Virus record (IMG/VR): IMGVR_UViG_3300032242_002237
Coordinates: 1 to 52,437 of that record
DNA length: 52,437 nt
Origin: a virus
Lineage: Duplodnaviria; Caudoviricetes
Strand: one strand, 5' to 3'
The notes under the pieces were generated by a model. That model was not told where the DNA came from, did not search any database, and saw nothing but the letters and a program-made list of their open reading frames with translations. This document shows, one piece after another, positions 44,344 to 52,437 of the stretch. Every line of letters starts with the position of its first letter. Position 1 is the stretch's first letter. The position numbers and the translations under genes were made by a program.

Positions 44344-44964
44344 ATGCCACAATTCGTACCTACCGTACTAGAAAAAACTTCCAATGGCGAACGTGCCTAT
44401 GACATCTACAGTCGCTTGCTCAAGGACCGTATCGTCATGCTGGACACAGAAGTAAACCAAAACTCAGCCAGCCTTACTGTGGCACAGATGCTGTTTTTGG
44501 AAAGCGAGAATCCTGAAGCGGATATCCTTTTCTACATCAACAGCCCAGGTGGTTCAGTCACAGCAGGCTTGGCCATTTACGATACCATGCAGTTTATCAA
44601 ATGCGACGTTTCAACCATTGTGTTGGGACAGGCCTGTTCCATGGGCAGTTTCCTAGCACAGGCAGGCACGCCGGGCAAGCGCATCGTGTTGCCAGAGTCA
44701 CGCACAATGATCCATCGTGTGAGTTCGGGCACCCCAGGCACCAGTGGTTCAGTCCATGTGCAGGAACTGGAATTTGAGGATGCAAAACGCACCTTTGAAG
44801 AAAGCATGCGCATCAACAAACGCCTGACAGAACTGTATGTCAAGCACAATACCGCAGGCAAGACCTATGATGAACTGTATCAGGCCATGAAGTTTGACAC
44901 ATTCCTGTCAGCCGAAGAAGCAGTGGCGTATGGGCTTGCAGATCGTGTGAGCGAAAAACGGTAA
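44344..44964 (+). CDS. clpP: Clp protease proteolytic subunit ClpP
   Basis: [40 protein letters not shown] (Ser), MIH (His), [16 protein letters not shown]. Confidence 0.96.
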   Translation: MPQFVPTVLEKTSNGERAYDIYSRLLKDRIVMLDTEVNQNSASLTVAQMLFLESENPEADILFYINSPGGSVTAGLAIYDTMQFIKCDVSTIVLGQACSMGSFLAQAGTPGKRIVLPESRTMIHRVSSGTPGTSGSVHVQELEFEDAKRTFEESMRINKRLTELYVKHNTAGKTYDELYQAMKFDTFLSAEEAVAYGLADRVSEKR

Positions 44965-45071
44965 GACTATCCGTGCAGGTGCAATAAAAATAGTATAGTT
45001 TATGTTGCAGTGCCAGGTAAATACTAGTATAATCACTAATAGTGAAAACACTGAGAAAGGCCTGGCACACA

Positions 45072-45269
45072 ATGCTACAACTACTGAAATCGCTTTACCA
45101 AAGCATCACACGACAAAGATCATACGGCTCTGAGCTGGAAAACTACATCGTGGCTCATAATCCTATGACCTGCGCTGATGTTGAACACTACGAGCGCATG
45201 TATGAATACGAGCGCAAGCGCACGGATCTACCGTTCAATCCTGGTATGGATCGGAGGTACTGCATATGA
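45072..45269 (+). CDS. Small hypothetical protein
   Basis: Follows TTGCAG-17 bp-TATAAT (45005-45033) and TAAATA (45018); start may be GTG 45042. Confidence 0.6.
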   Translation: MLQLLKSLYQSITRQRSYGSELENYIVAHNPMTCADVEHYERMYEYERKRTDLPFNPGMDRRYCI

Positions 45270-45358
45270 AACGATTTGTGCAAGCTGTATGGGAAACCAT
45301 TAAACAAATACAAGAAGTCAGAGCCAAGGCCATTGCTGCCGGGCATGGGTGGTATTGA
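45266..45358 (+). CDS. 30-aa peptide (not in ORF track)
   Basis: SD GGAGG, ATGA overlap; MKRFVQAVWETIKQIQEVRAKAIAAGHGWY*. Confidence 0.55.
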   Translation: MKRFVQAVWETIKQIQEVRAKAIAAGHGWY

Positions 45359-45360
45359 TC

Positions 45361-45477
45361 ATGTGGCCCTATACCGAAGACGAACTGGTGATCATCAACC
45401 AAGGTTGTTCCTGGTGGCCTGTTACTGACGACGAGTGGGAACGACTCAATTTCCCGGAGCGATTCCAAGGCAAGTGA
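45361..45477 (+). CDS. 38-aa peptide with internal repeat (not in ORF track)
   Basis: MWPYTEDELVIINQGCSWWPVTDDEWERLNFPERFQGK*. Confidence 0.5.
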   Translation: MWPYTEDELVIINQGCSWWPVTDDEWERLNFPERFQGK

Positions 45478-45529
45478 AACAACCGCATTGGGCGCCTGGT
45501 AATAAATACACTATTCAGGGTGCCAAATA

Positions 45530-46237
45530 ATGCGTTTGCAAGAATTCAATCTAGACCAAGCAGTACAGTTCCACGATGAACTCAATCCTCACTTGTGGGA
45601 CGGTGACCGCCTGCGAGACGATGTCAAGGCCAAGCTGGTACGCATTGCCGAGGATTTCAAGCAGTTTATTGGAATCAGCAACTATGACATAGTTGACATA
45701 ACCATATCGGGCTCCAACGCCGCGTTCTCTTATACTCCCAAATCAGACATAGATCTGCACCTTGTGGTCATGATTCCTGAAGAACATGACCCTGAACTGC
45801 GCCAATTGTTTGACGCCAAGAAATATCAGTACAACGACCAGTACGACTTCAAGATACATGGCTATGATGTTGAAGTGTATGTGCAAGATGCCACACAGCC
45901 GCATCACAGCATGGGCATCTACAGCATATTCCGAGACAAGTGGGTCAAGCATCCACAGCCCATACGTGCCACCGTGGACGACAGTGCAGTGGCACACAAG
46001 TACCACGGCTACAAAGAACGCATCAAACAGGCCATACACAGCAACAATGCAGAAATGTGCAGTCGTCTCTGGCACAGCATCAAGGACATGCGCACAGCAG
46101 GACTTGCACGTTGTGGTGAGTTTGGTGTGGAGAATCTCACGTTCAAGATGCTGAGAGCCGAAGGAGATCTTGGAGACCTCAAGGATCACATCACTGCACT
46201 GAAAACACAAGAATTCAGTCTACAGGAGCAGGCATGA
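45530..46237 (+). CDS. Pol-beta-superfamily nucleotidyltransferase
   Basis: ISGSNAAFSYTPKSDIDLHL (GS..DxD), third acidic residue in VEVYVQD; TAAATA at 45503; MRLQEF start. Confidence 0.75.
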   Translation: MRLQEFNLDQAVQFHDELNPHLWDGDRLRDDVKAKLVRIAEDFKQFIGISNYDIVDITISGSNAAFSYTPKSDIDLHLVVMIPEEHDPELRQLFDAKKYQYNDQYDFKIHGYDVEVYVQDATQPHHSMGIYSIFRDKWVKHPQPIRATVDDSAVAHKYHGYKERIKQAIHSNNAEMCSRLWHSIKDMRTAGLARCGEFGVENLTFKMLRAEGDLGDLKDHITALKTQEFSLQEQA

Positions 46238-47160
46238 TCAATCTGCATCCGCTGTACGTGCCCAACGATCAGCACATGGTACTGACTACCATAATCGACG
46301 ATGAGAACATGACTGTGAACATACTTGATGTCACGGATCAACCAGACGTGTTCCAAAACCATGTGTTGCCAGAAAATCGCTGTTATCGCATTGGTGGTCG
46401 CACTGACCTCAACAATCCACGCACTGTTCCCAAATATGGGGATCGTGTGCTCAGGAGCATATATCCTGGCGCCATCCTGGAACCCAAAAATCCTCGGGTG
46501 GAAAATGAACTGTTTGAGATAACGCCACTCAGCTATTATTGGCATGGCAATGCTTTTACAGAATCACGCACCAATGTGGCCTTGGACATCTATCAGTTCA
46601 GACAAGATCGTCCAGAGCTGGAACAGTTCTTTCAGGTCAAGCATCCCTACATGGACATGCTGAAATCACAGATACCCTTGCTGGGACTTCATTTGGACAC
46701 ACAAGACGTTCCAGCGGCAGCCGCTGCCGTGAATGCACAGTTCCATGAACGAATGATGTACAAGTTCAACAACAAATGCTTTGCACAGAAATTCTCACAG
46801 CATCGCACCTACATGGTAGGTGGCATCATTGATGAAGTTTATCATGACCAAAAATCCATACAGGACAGCAAGATAACCTATGTACTGGCGGACTTCATTC
46901 TCACACGCAACAGCGAAATGATCAACGCCATGACTGCAGGACTGACATTGGAGCTCTTGGAAATGAACGAGCGCAGGCAAAAATATCTGTTGGATCATTT
47001 GCGAGCCTGGTATGATGGTGGCATTGCCAGCCGCATAGTCAACAAGTTCTACAAGGAGCATGCCAAGAGCTACAACCATCAAGTGTTGTGGGGACTGTTT
47101 GAAGTGGTCACCAATGAACTGGACAACACAATCCGGACCGTGATAGGAGAGCACAAATGA
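46234..47160 (+). CDS. Hypothetical phage protein
   Basis: 308 aa with ATGA overlaps at both ends. Confidence 0.7.
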   Translation: MINLHPLYVPNDQHMVLTTIIDDENMTVNILDVTDQPDVFQNHVLPENRCYRIGGRTDLNNPRTVPKYGDRVLRSIYPGAILEPKNPRVENELFEITPLSYYWHGNAFTESRTNVALDIYQFRQDRPELEQFFQVKHPYMDMLKSQIPLLGLHLDTQDVPAAAAAVNAQFHERMMYKFNNKCFAQKFSQHRTYMVGGIIDEVYHDQKSIQDSKITYVLADFILTRNSEMINAMTAGLTLELLEMNERRQKYLLDHLRAWYDGGIASRIVNKFYKEHAKSYNHQVLWGLFEVVTNELDNTIRTVIGEHK

Positions 47161-48155
47161 AATCCAAAGACTTCATTGGCACCAGCGAAGTATTCCTAGA
47201 CATGGACGGTGTGCTGGCTGACTTCTTTACTGAGTATGCCAAACTGGCCGGCATCGAGTCCGGCAACTACAGAGACATTCCGCCTGCCAAGGTCGACCCT
47301 ACCTTGGACAAGATGATAGGCACTGACTTTTTCAATCGCTTGCCTGTGTGCAACAATGCCGAGCAAGTGGTCAGCACCAGCGTGAAGATATTTGGTCACT
47401 ACAACATCTGCTCCAGTCCCCTGCGTGGCGACTTCAAGAACAGCGAGCAATGGAAAAAGGTCTGGATCGAACGCAACCTGTCACCTGCACCTGCTCGTAT
47501 CTTGATCACACCCAACAAGGCCAAGTATGCCAAACAGCCCGACGGTACTCCCAACATCCTGGTAGACGATCGTGGCAGCAACATCACTGCCTGGGAAGCC
47601 GCAGGTGGCATTGGTATCAAGTACCAAGCAGACGAGAACAGCATCAGCGACCTGCTGAACGGATTCAAACGTGCCATGTCTATCCTGGCCAAAGAAAAAC
47701 CACATGAGCCACAAAAGCTACAGAGCCTGGATCGAGGCAAGATGATTGCTGTGCAAAGCAGTGGCGACCAGGATGAAGAGCCACATCAGCCCTTGAAAGA
47801 AGGCATTGAAGGCAACCAAGAACTGGTCAGCAATTTCATACGCTGGGTCTACAAGAAACTGCACATCAATCTGCCCATGCCCAAGATACAGTTTGCAGAC
47901 AAGAAAGAAAGCGACCATCAGGACCGCACCGGCTACTACAATCCTGCCACGCATGTGATGTGGATCTATACCGGCAACAGGAACCTGGTAGACATCCTGC
48001 GCACAGTGGCACATGAGCTCACACATCACAAGCAACGCGAAGAAAACACAGAAATAAACACAGCCAAACTGAGCAAGATCGAAAGCCAGGCCGACATGGC
48101 CGCTGGCATGTTGATGAAGCTGTGGATCAAGAAACACCCGGAGATCGTGCAATGA
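47157..48155 (+). CDS. Fusion: HAD 5'(3')-nucleotidase + zincin-like domain
   Basis: FLDMDGVLADF, ICSSP, KAKYA, ILVDDR; linker PLKE|G; LRTVAHELTHHKQ..E.QAD. Confidence 0.8.
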   Translation: MKSKDFIGTSEVFLDMDGVLADFFTEYAKLAGIESGNYRDIPPAKVDPTLDKMIGTDFFNRLPVCNNAEQVVSTSVKIFGHYNICSSPLRGDFKNSEQWKKVWIERNLSPAPARILITPNKAKYAKQPDGTPNILVDDRGSNITAWEAAGGIGIKYQADENSISDLLNGFKRAMSILAKEKPHEPQKLQSLDRGKMIAVQSSGDQDEEPHQPLKEGIEGNQELVSNFIRWVYKKLHINLPMPKIQFADKKESDHQDRTGYYNPATHVMWIYTGNRNLVDILRTVAHELTHHKQREENTEINTAKLSKIESQADMAAGMLMKLWIKKHPEIVQ

Positions 48156-49477
48156 GAGCCAAGGACTACGAGATCCGCAACCACCCCAAGCTGGATCAAC
48201 TGCTGTTCCAGCTGTGTGAAGAACTGATAGCTGCCAAGAAAAAAGACTTTGAATTCTATGGCATGGTGGCAGCTGGTGTGCTGGATCCAGACAATCGTTT
48301 TGTGATTGGCATCAATCGACCCACAGCAGATGGACACCGTAGCCATGCTGAACGTGTGGCCATCTATCGCTACAAAGAACTGTACGGCGACATCCCCGAA
48401 GGCAGCATACTGTTGACCACGCTGAGTCCCTGCAACGAGCAAGAGGGTTACATGGCCAAAGAAAGATTTGGCTACAGTTGCACACAGCTGATCAATGACA
48501 GCAACCTGCACAAGGTCTACTGTGGTTATGAAGACCCCACACAGCACGAGGATCTAGACAGAGATTTCACACTTGAAGAAACCAGCAACCAACATGTGCG
48601 AGATCTCTGCAAGCAGTTTGCTGACACGTTTCTCAATAACGACCAACAGCTGGGCGAAGGCATTGGCCGACACTTGGCTGCAGGCGCATTGGCCGCTGGC
48701 ATGGCATTTGGTGGCGCAGGTGCCAAGGCCGCAGATACCAACAAGTACCAGGATGATCCTATCATGGCCGTGGTACAACAAAAAGAACAAAGCAAGCTGG
48801 ACCAGGATCGACTGGAACAGATCATACAGCGCATAGAACACGAACGCAAGTTATCTCAAGCAGAAACACCTGCTCCTCAAGCCGCACAGTCAGTGCCGGT
48901 TCCTCCACAGCGAGACATCAAGCCCAGCGGACTAGGACCAATCAGCCGGGTGTTGCCCAAGGCCACAGTGAAGAAAGCCGAGGCCAAACCTCGTGTGTAT
49001 CATCCTGTGACCAGTTCGCCATTGGAGATTGGCCTCCACAACGCCGCAGTCAAGGCCGGTATCAAGGGTGCAGAACTGTTTGCCTTGATGGGGCAGTGCT
49101 TTCACGAAAGCGCCAAGTTTTCTACCACACAGGAATTTGCTTCAGGCGAAGCCTATGAAGGTCGCAAGGATCTGGGCAACGTCCAACCCGGAGATGGCAC
49201 ACGTTACAAAGGGCGTGGCCTGATCATGCTGACTGGTCGTTCCAACTATGCACAGGCCGGCAAAGATCTGCACATAGATCTAGTCAAGCATCCAGAGCTG
49301 GCTGCCAGGCCCGATGTGGCCATCAAGATCAGCCTGTGGTACTGGAAGCACAAGGTACAGCCACGTGTGAGCAACTTTGGTGATGCACGTGCCGTGACCA
49401 AAACAATCAATCCTGCGCTCAAGCACTTGGATCGTCGCAAGGAAGCCACGCAGAGTTTCAAGGTAGCCAGTAAATGA
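48152..49477 (+). CDS. Fusion: RibD-like zinc deaminase + GH19 chitinase/endolysin-like domain
   Basis: HAE..TLSPC..C..VYCGYEDP; linker QLGE|G + LAAGALAAGMAFG; HESAKF..E..YEGRKDLGN.QPGDG.RYKGRGLIMLTGRSNY. Confidence 0.82.
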   Translation: MRAKDYEIRNHPKLDQLLFQLCEELIAAKKKDFEFYGMVAAGVLDPDNRFVIGINRPTADGHRSHAERVAIYRYKELYGDIPEGSILLTTLSPCNEQEGYMAKERFGYSCTQLINDSNLHKVYCGYEDPTQHEDLDRDFTLEETSNQHVRDLCKQFADTFLNNDQQLGEGIGRHLAAGALAAGMAFGGAGAKAADTNKYQDDPIMAVVQQKEQSKLDQDRLEQIIQRIEHERKLSQAETPAPQAAQSVPVPPQRDIKPSGLGPISRVLPKATVKKAEAKPRVYHPVTSSPLEIGLHNAAVKAGIKGAELFALMGQCFHESAKFSTTQEFASGEAYEGRKDLGNVQPGDGTRYKGRGLIMLTGRSNYAQAGKDLHIDLVKHPELAARPDVAIKISLWYWKHKVQPRVSNFGDARAVTKTINPALKHLDRRKEATQSFKVASK

Positions 49478-50436
49478 AAATAAAAGAAATCATTTCTGAA
49501 GCCTTTGATCAGCCCTACAAGGGCAAGTGGGAAAAGAGTGATTACGGTGACGTTGATCTAAACGTAAAATTACCCGACGGCACACCACTCAGCATCATGT
49601 TCAACGTTGAACACTTCAATCCGGAATATGACGGAGAAAGCAAGGAAGTGGTACAAGTTGAGTTTTATAGAAACAACAGCCAAGACGTCACCGGCGAGGG
49701 CGATGCACAGCGTATCTTTGCCACGGTGCTAGATGCCATACAAAAATACATTAAAAAATACAAACCCGAACAACTGAGTTTCTCAGCCAGCAAATCACTG
49801 GACATGGACGCGGACGATGTTGAACGGTTCAATCCAGAAAGCCGTGCCAAATTGTACACTAGACTGGTACAACGATATGCTGGTGTCTTGGGCTATCAGG
49901 CCCAGGTTGATGATAATGGCGATGTGGTCATATATCAACTCACACGATTAAAGCAAGGTGTAGCGGAAGGTACCGGCGGTATAGATTTTGACATGCATTT
50001 TGATGACGAAACTGGATCGTTTGCTAAATTGACTGCACGAGCGCACGGTCGTGTGTTAGGGTTTGTTAAATTCTTTGTAGACGGCGACACATTGATTGCA
50101 GACAAATTAGAAGTAGATGAACGCTATCGTGGCCAAGGTATTGCCGCGGCAATGTACGACTATGCCAAATCGCAAGGTTACACCGTGGAAAAAAGCGATG
50201 ACCTAACTCCCGACGGCGAACATTTTTGGAGTAAAAATCGCGGTGATAGATCTGTGTGGGAAAACTTTGCTGATGGTCGGCATCCTGAAGACAAAGGCGA
50301 TTCAAAACGCCATCATGTGCCTACCAAGGCCAGCGTGAGCAGTCTACGCAAATTTGCAAAAAATCATTCAGGCCGTGCCGCACAACTGGCACACTGGATG
50401 GCCAACATGAAATCAGGCAGGGCCAAGAAAAAATGA
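49474..50436 (+). CDS. Multi-domain protein: unknown domain + GNAT acetyltransferase + basic C-terminal domain
   Basis: MKIKEIISE|A; junction GVAE|G; LEVDERYRGQGIAAAMY acetyl-CoA motif; junction VWE|NFADG. Confidence 0.7.
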   Translation: MKIKEIISEAFDQPYKGKWEKSDYGDVDLNVKLPDGTPLSIMFNVEHFNPEYDGESKEVVQVEFYRNNSQDVTGEGDAQRIFATVLDAIQKYIKKYKPEQLSFSASKSLDMDADDVERFNPESRAKLYTRLVQRYAGVLGYQAQVDDNGDVVIYQLTRLKQGVAEGTGGIDFDMHFDDETGSFAKLTARAHGRVLGFVKFFVDGDTLIADKLEVDERYRGQGIAAAMYDYAKSQGYTVEKSDDLTPDGEHFWSKNRGDRSVWENFADGRHPEDKGDSKRHHVPTKASVSSLRKFAKNHSGRAAQLAHWMANMKSGRAKKK

Positions 50437-51095
50437 AAATCTTGGAGATCATAGCAGAATCAGTACATGACAACTTGGTATACCATGCTACCACTTTGCA
50501 AGGACTGCAAGGCATGATCAAGTCAGGACAGATATTGCCCAGCGGCGAAAAGACCGCGCATGGCTGGGGCGGTGGCGGCATTGGTGACCACGGGTCTATC
50601 AGTCTCACTAGAGACCGCAACTATTTTCCATTTGACTTCACTGACGTACAGATTACATTGGATCGTGATGCTTTGGCCAACAACATCAAGATCCGTCCGC
50701 ACAATTTTGGTGGGCGATACGAAGCCGAGGAGCGTGTGGACCGTGCTGTGCCTTTCACCAGTCGGTATGTCAAGCAAGTGAGTTTCCGCAATGATCCTCC
50801 CAGTCGTTCCATGCAAGCAGAATTGAAAAAATTAGGAATCTCTGTACAACAATATCGTGAACTGCCACCAGTGAATCGACAGTACGACTATAGCATCAAT
50901 CCCAAAGACCATGGCGACCAAAAATTAGACTGGCGCATTGAAGACAACAACGGCACCAGCTGGAAACGGTTGACTGACATGACAGCTAGCGAAGCACAGT
51001 CAGTGTTGGACGATTACGAGATGCGCATGAAGCCTGCGGCACAGCGAGACAACCCTGACTATCCCAAGCGTTATCGATTGGTGCAAGACAAATAA
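50433..51095 (+). CDS. Putative ADP-ribosyltransferase-fold protein
   Basis: VYHATT...MIKSGQI, SISLTRD, YEAEE; MKILEIIAE|S start. Confidence 0.5.
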   Translation: MKILEIIAESVHDNLVYHATTLQGLQGMIKSGQILPSGEKTAHGWGGGGIGDHGSISLTRDRNYFPFDFTDVQITLDRDALANNIKIRPHNFGGRYEAEERVDRAVPFTSRYVKQVSFRNDPPSRSMQAELKKLGISVQQYRELPPVNRQYDYSINPKDHGDQKLDWRIEDNNGTSWKRLTDMTASEAQSVLDDYEMRMKPAAQRDNPDYPKRYRLVQDK

Positions 51096-51115
51096 CAAAA
51101 GAAAGAACAATCATC

Positions 51116-51556
51116 ATGAGTGAAAAGTTTGAAAGCGATACATTATTCAGCCACGTCAAACACAACGAAGGCGAGTTCAAGGGCGGAGGTCTGCGTGACT
51201 TCTTCTTGTACAAGGACCTGGGTGTGGCGGAAGCAACCAAAGGACGCATACTGGCACATGTCACAAAGGCCAATCTACCTCCAGAAGGTTCAGGCGGCAC
51301 AGGCTGGCACTATCATGTGGCTGAGTTCCAGATTGTGTACATGCTCAAGGGCTGGGCCCGGTTCATGTATGAAGACAAGATACACTTGGTAGAAGCCGGT
51401 GACTGTGTGCAACAGCGTCCAGGCATTGTACACTATCTCTATGACTATTCACCAGACATGGAGTATCTAGAGATCATCACACCAGTGGACTATGGTACCA
51501 TACCCGCCGAAGGTCCTTGCGACATACCCGATCCAACTCCGTGGTCTGAAAAATGA
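51116..51556 (+). CDS. Cupin-domain protein
   Basis: GWHYH..FQIVYMLKGW, AGDCVQQRPGIVH. Confidence 0.88.
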   Translation: MSEKFESDTLFSHVKHNEGEFKGGGLRDFFLYKDLGVAEATKGRILAHVTKANLPPEGSGGTGWHYHVAEFQIVYMLKGWARFMYEDKIHLVEAGDCVQQRPGIVHYLYDYSPDMEYLEIITPVDYGTIPAEGPCDIPDPTPWSEK

Positions 51557-52140
51557 TATTGGTATATATACACGGCGCCAGCGCCACCAGCGAAAGCTTC
51601 AACTACATACGTGGCAAGCTCAAAGGCCGTGATGTGGTTGTGAACTATGACAGCCGCAACGGCTTTGAAAACAACCTGGCTGACATGAAGAAACAGTTGG
51701 CTGACCTAGACCACATGTTCTTTGTGGCACACAGCCTGGGCGGTGTGTATGCCCTGCACATAGCCAATGCCATGCCTGACCAAGTGTTGGGTGCTGTGAC
51801 CTTGAGCACACCCTATGGTGGTGCTGAAGTGGCTGAAGTGGTCAAATACTTCCTGCCATTCAGTCGGTTGATGCGTGACATTGGTCCCACATCATGGGCC
51901 ATGAAGCAGGCAGACAGCATCAAGATACAGCATCCTTGGACCAACGTGGTCACGGTGAAAGGACAAAGTCCGTTCATGGTCGAACCCAATGATGGTGTGG
52001 TTACCATTGCCAGCCAGCGTCATCACAAAGACATGGAACTGATAGACGTTGATTACAACCACTACGAAGTGGTGCTCAATGATCAAGTTGTTGGTATCAT
52101 CAAGAACCGAATAAATACTCTAATTACAGGAAACAACTGA
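51553..52140 (+). CDS. Alpha/beta hydrolase
   Basis: YIHG, VAHSLGG nucleophile elbow, LSTPYGG, NDGVV, NH. Confidence 0.9.
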   Translation: MILVYIHGASATSESFNYIRGKLKGRDVVVNYDSRNGFENNLADMKKQLADLDHMFFVAHSLGGVYALHIANAMPDQVLGAVTLSTPYGGAEVAEVVKYFLPFSRLMRDIGPTSWAMKQADSIKIQHPWTNVVTVKGQSPFMVEPNDGVVTIASQRHHKDMELIDVDYNHYEVVLNDQVVGIIKNRINTLITGNN

Positions 52141-52141
52141 C

Positions 52142-52437
52142 ATGCGCTATCACGAACTTATTAACGAGTCACGCACACTGGGCGGTTTTGCCGTCAAACC
52201 AGTGAACGTGGAACAAAACGAACCAGAAGTAGATGAAGCCATTGGCCTCAATGCTCCACAACGCAGAGTCAGCCGCGACGAGTTGCAAAGCTACGCTGAT
52301 CGCATCAAGACCGGTACCAAGACCAAACGAGACAAGTTTGAACCTATCATCCATGGATCCAACATCAAGGCCATCACCCGAGACGACGGGACCGAATGGG
52401 ACCTTGACGATCTAGCCAAACAGATTACCACACGCCC
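52142..52437 (+). CDS. 5' part of a late hypothetical protein (truncated by window end)
   Basis: TAAATA at 52112, SD AGGA; MRYHELINE|SRTLGG... open to the end of the window. Confidence 0.7.
   Translation, partial: MRYHELINESRTLGGFAVKPVNVEQNEPEVDEAIGLNAPQRRVSRDELQSYADRIKTGTKTKRDKFEPIIHGSNIKAITRDDGTEWDLDDLAKQITTR

Noticed and set aside
1-52437. Bacterial chromosome origin or alternative genetic code
   Set aside because: Host-like genes are isolated among phage ORFs with T4-like late promoters; ORFs are full length under the standard code and use all three stop codons.

Overview
The window is a gene-dense, mostly + strand segment of a large lytic dsDNA phage (T4-like/jumbo myovirus style). The host is probably a Gram-negative proteobacterium, inferred from IscU/IscA, ClpS/ClpX/ClpP, class Ia RNR, curli secretion genes and lipoproteins. 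It carries putative head and tail structural genes, nucleotide metabolism (nrdA, nrdB, glutaredoxin, 5'-nucleotidase), Fe-S assembly (iscU, iscA), proteostasis (clpX, clpS, clpP, hsp20), translation (bS21, an ArfA-like peptide), UvdE, several nucleases and two cell-wall hydrolases. Transcription signals are legible: sigma70-type early promoters and TAAATA/TAAGTA late promoters, the latter often inside hairpins that hide the Shine-Dalgarno (SD) sequence. Best candidates for undescribed biology: (1) a late-expressed module csgF - csgG(SH3-fused) - curlin - FecR - large curlin adhesin - CHASE2 class III cyclase, preceded by a stand-alone copy of the cyclase C-terminus and faced by a structured intergenic element and a convergent operon of five membrane proteins; (2) a set of enzymes with T4 capsid-targeting-like N-termini, some fused into polyproteins joined at prohead-protease-like L/V-x-E|G sites (NTase, HAD, zincin, deaminase, GH19, GNAT, ART-like, ligase-like). 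No tRNA, rRNA, CRISPR array or IS element was recognised. All family calls are by motif recognition only; no database search was run.
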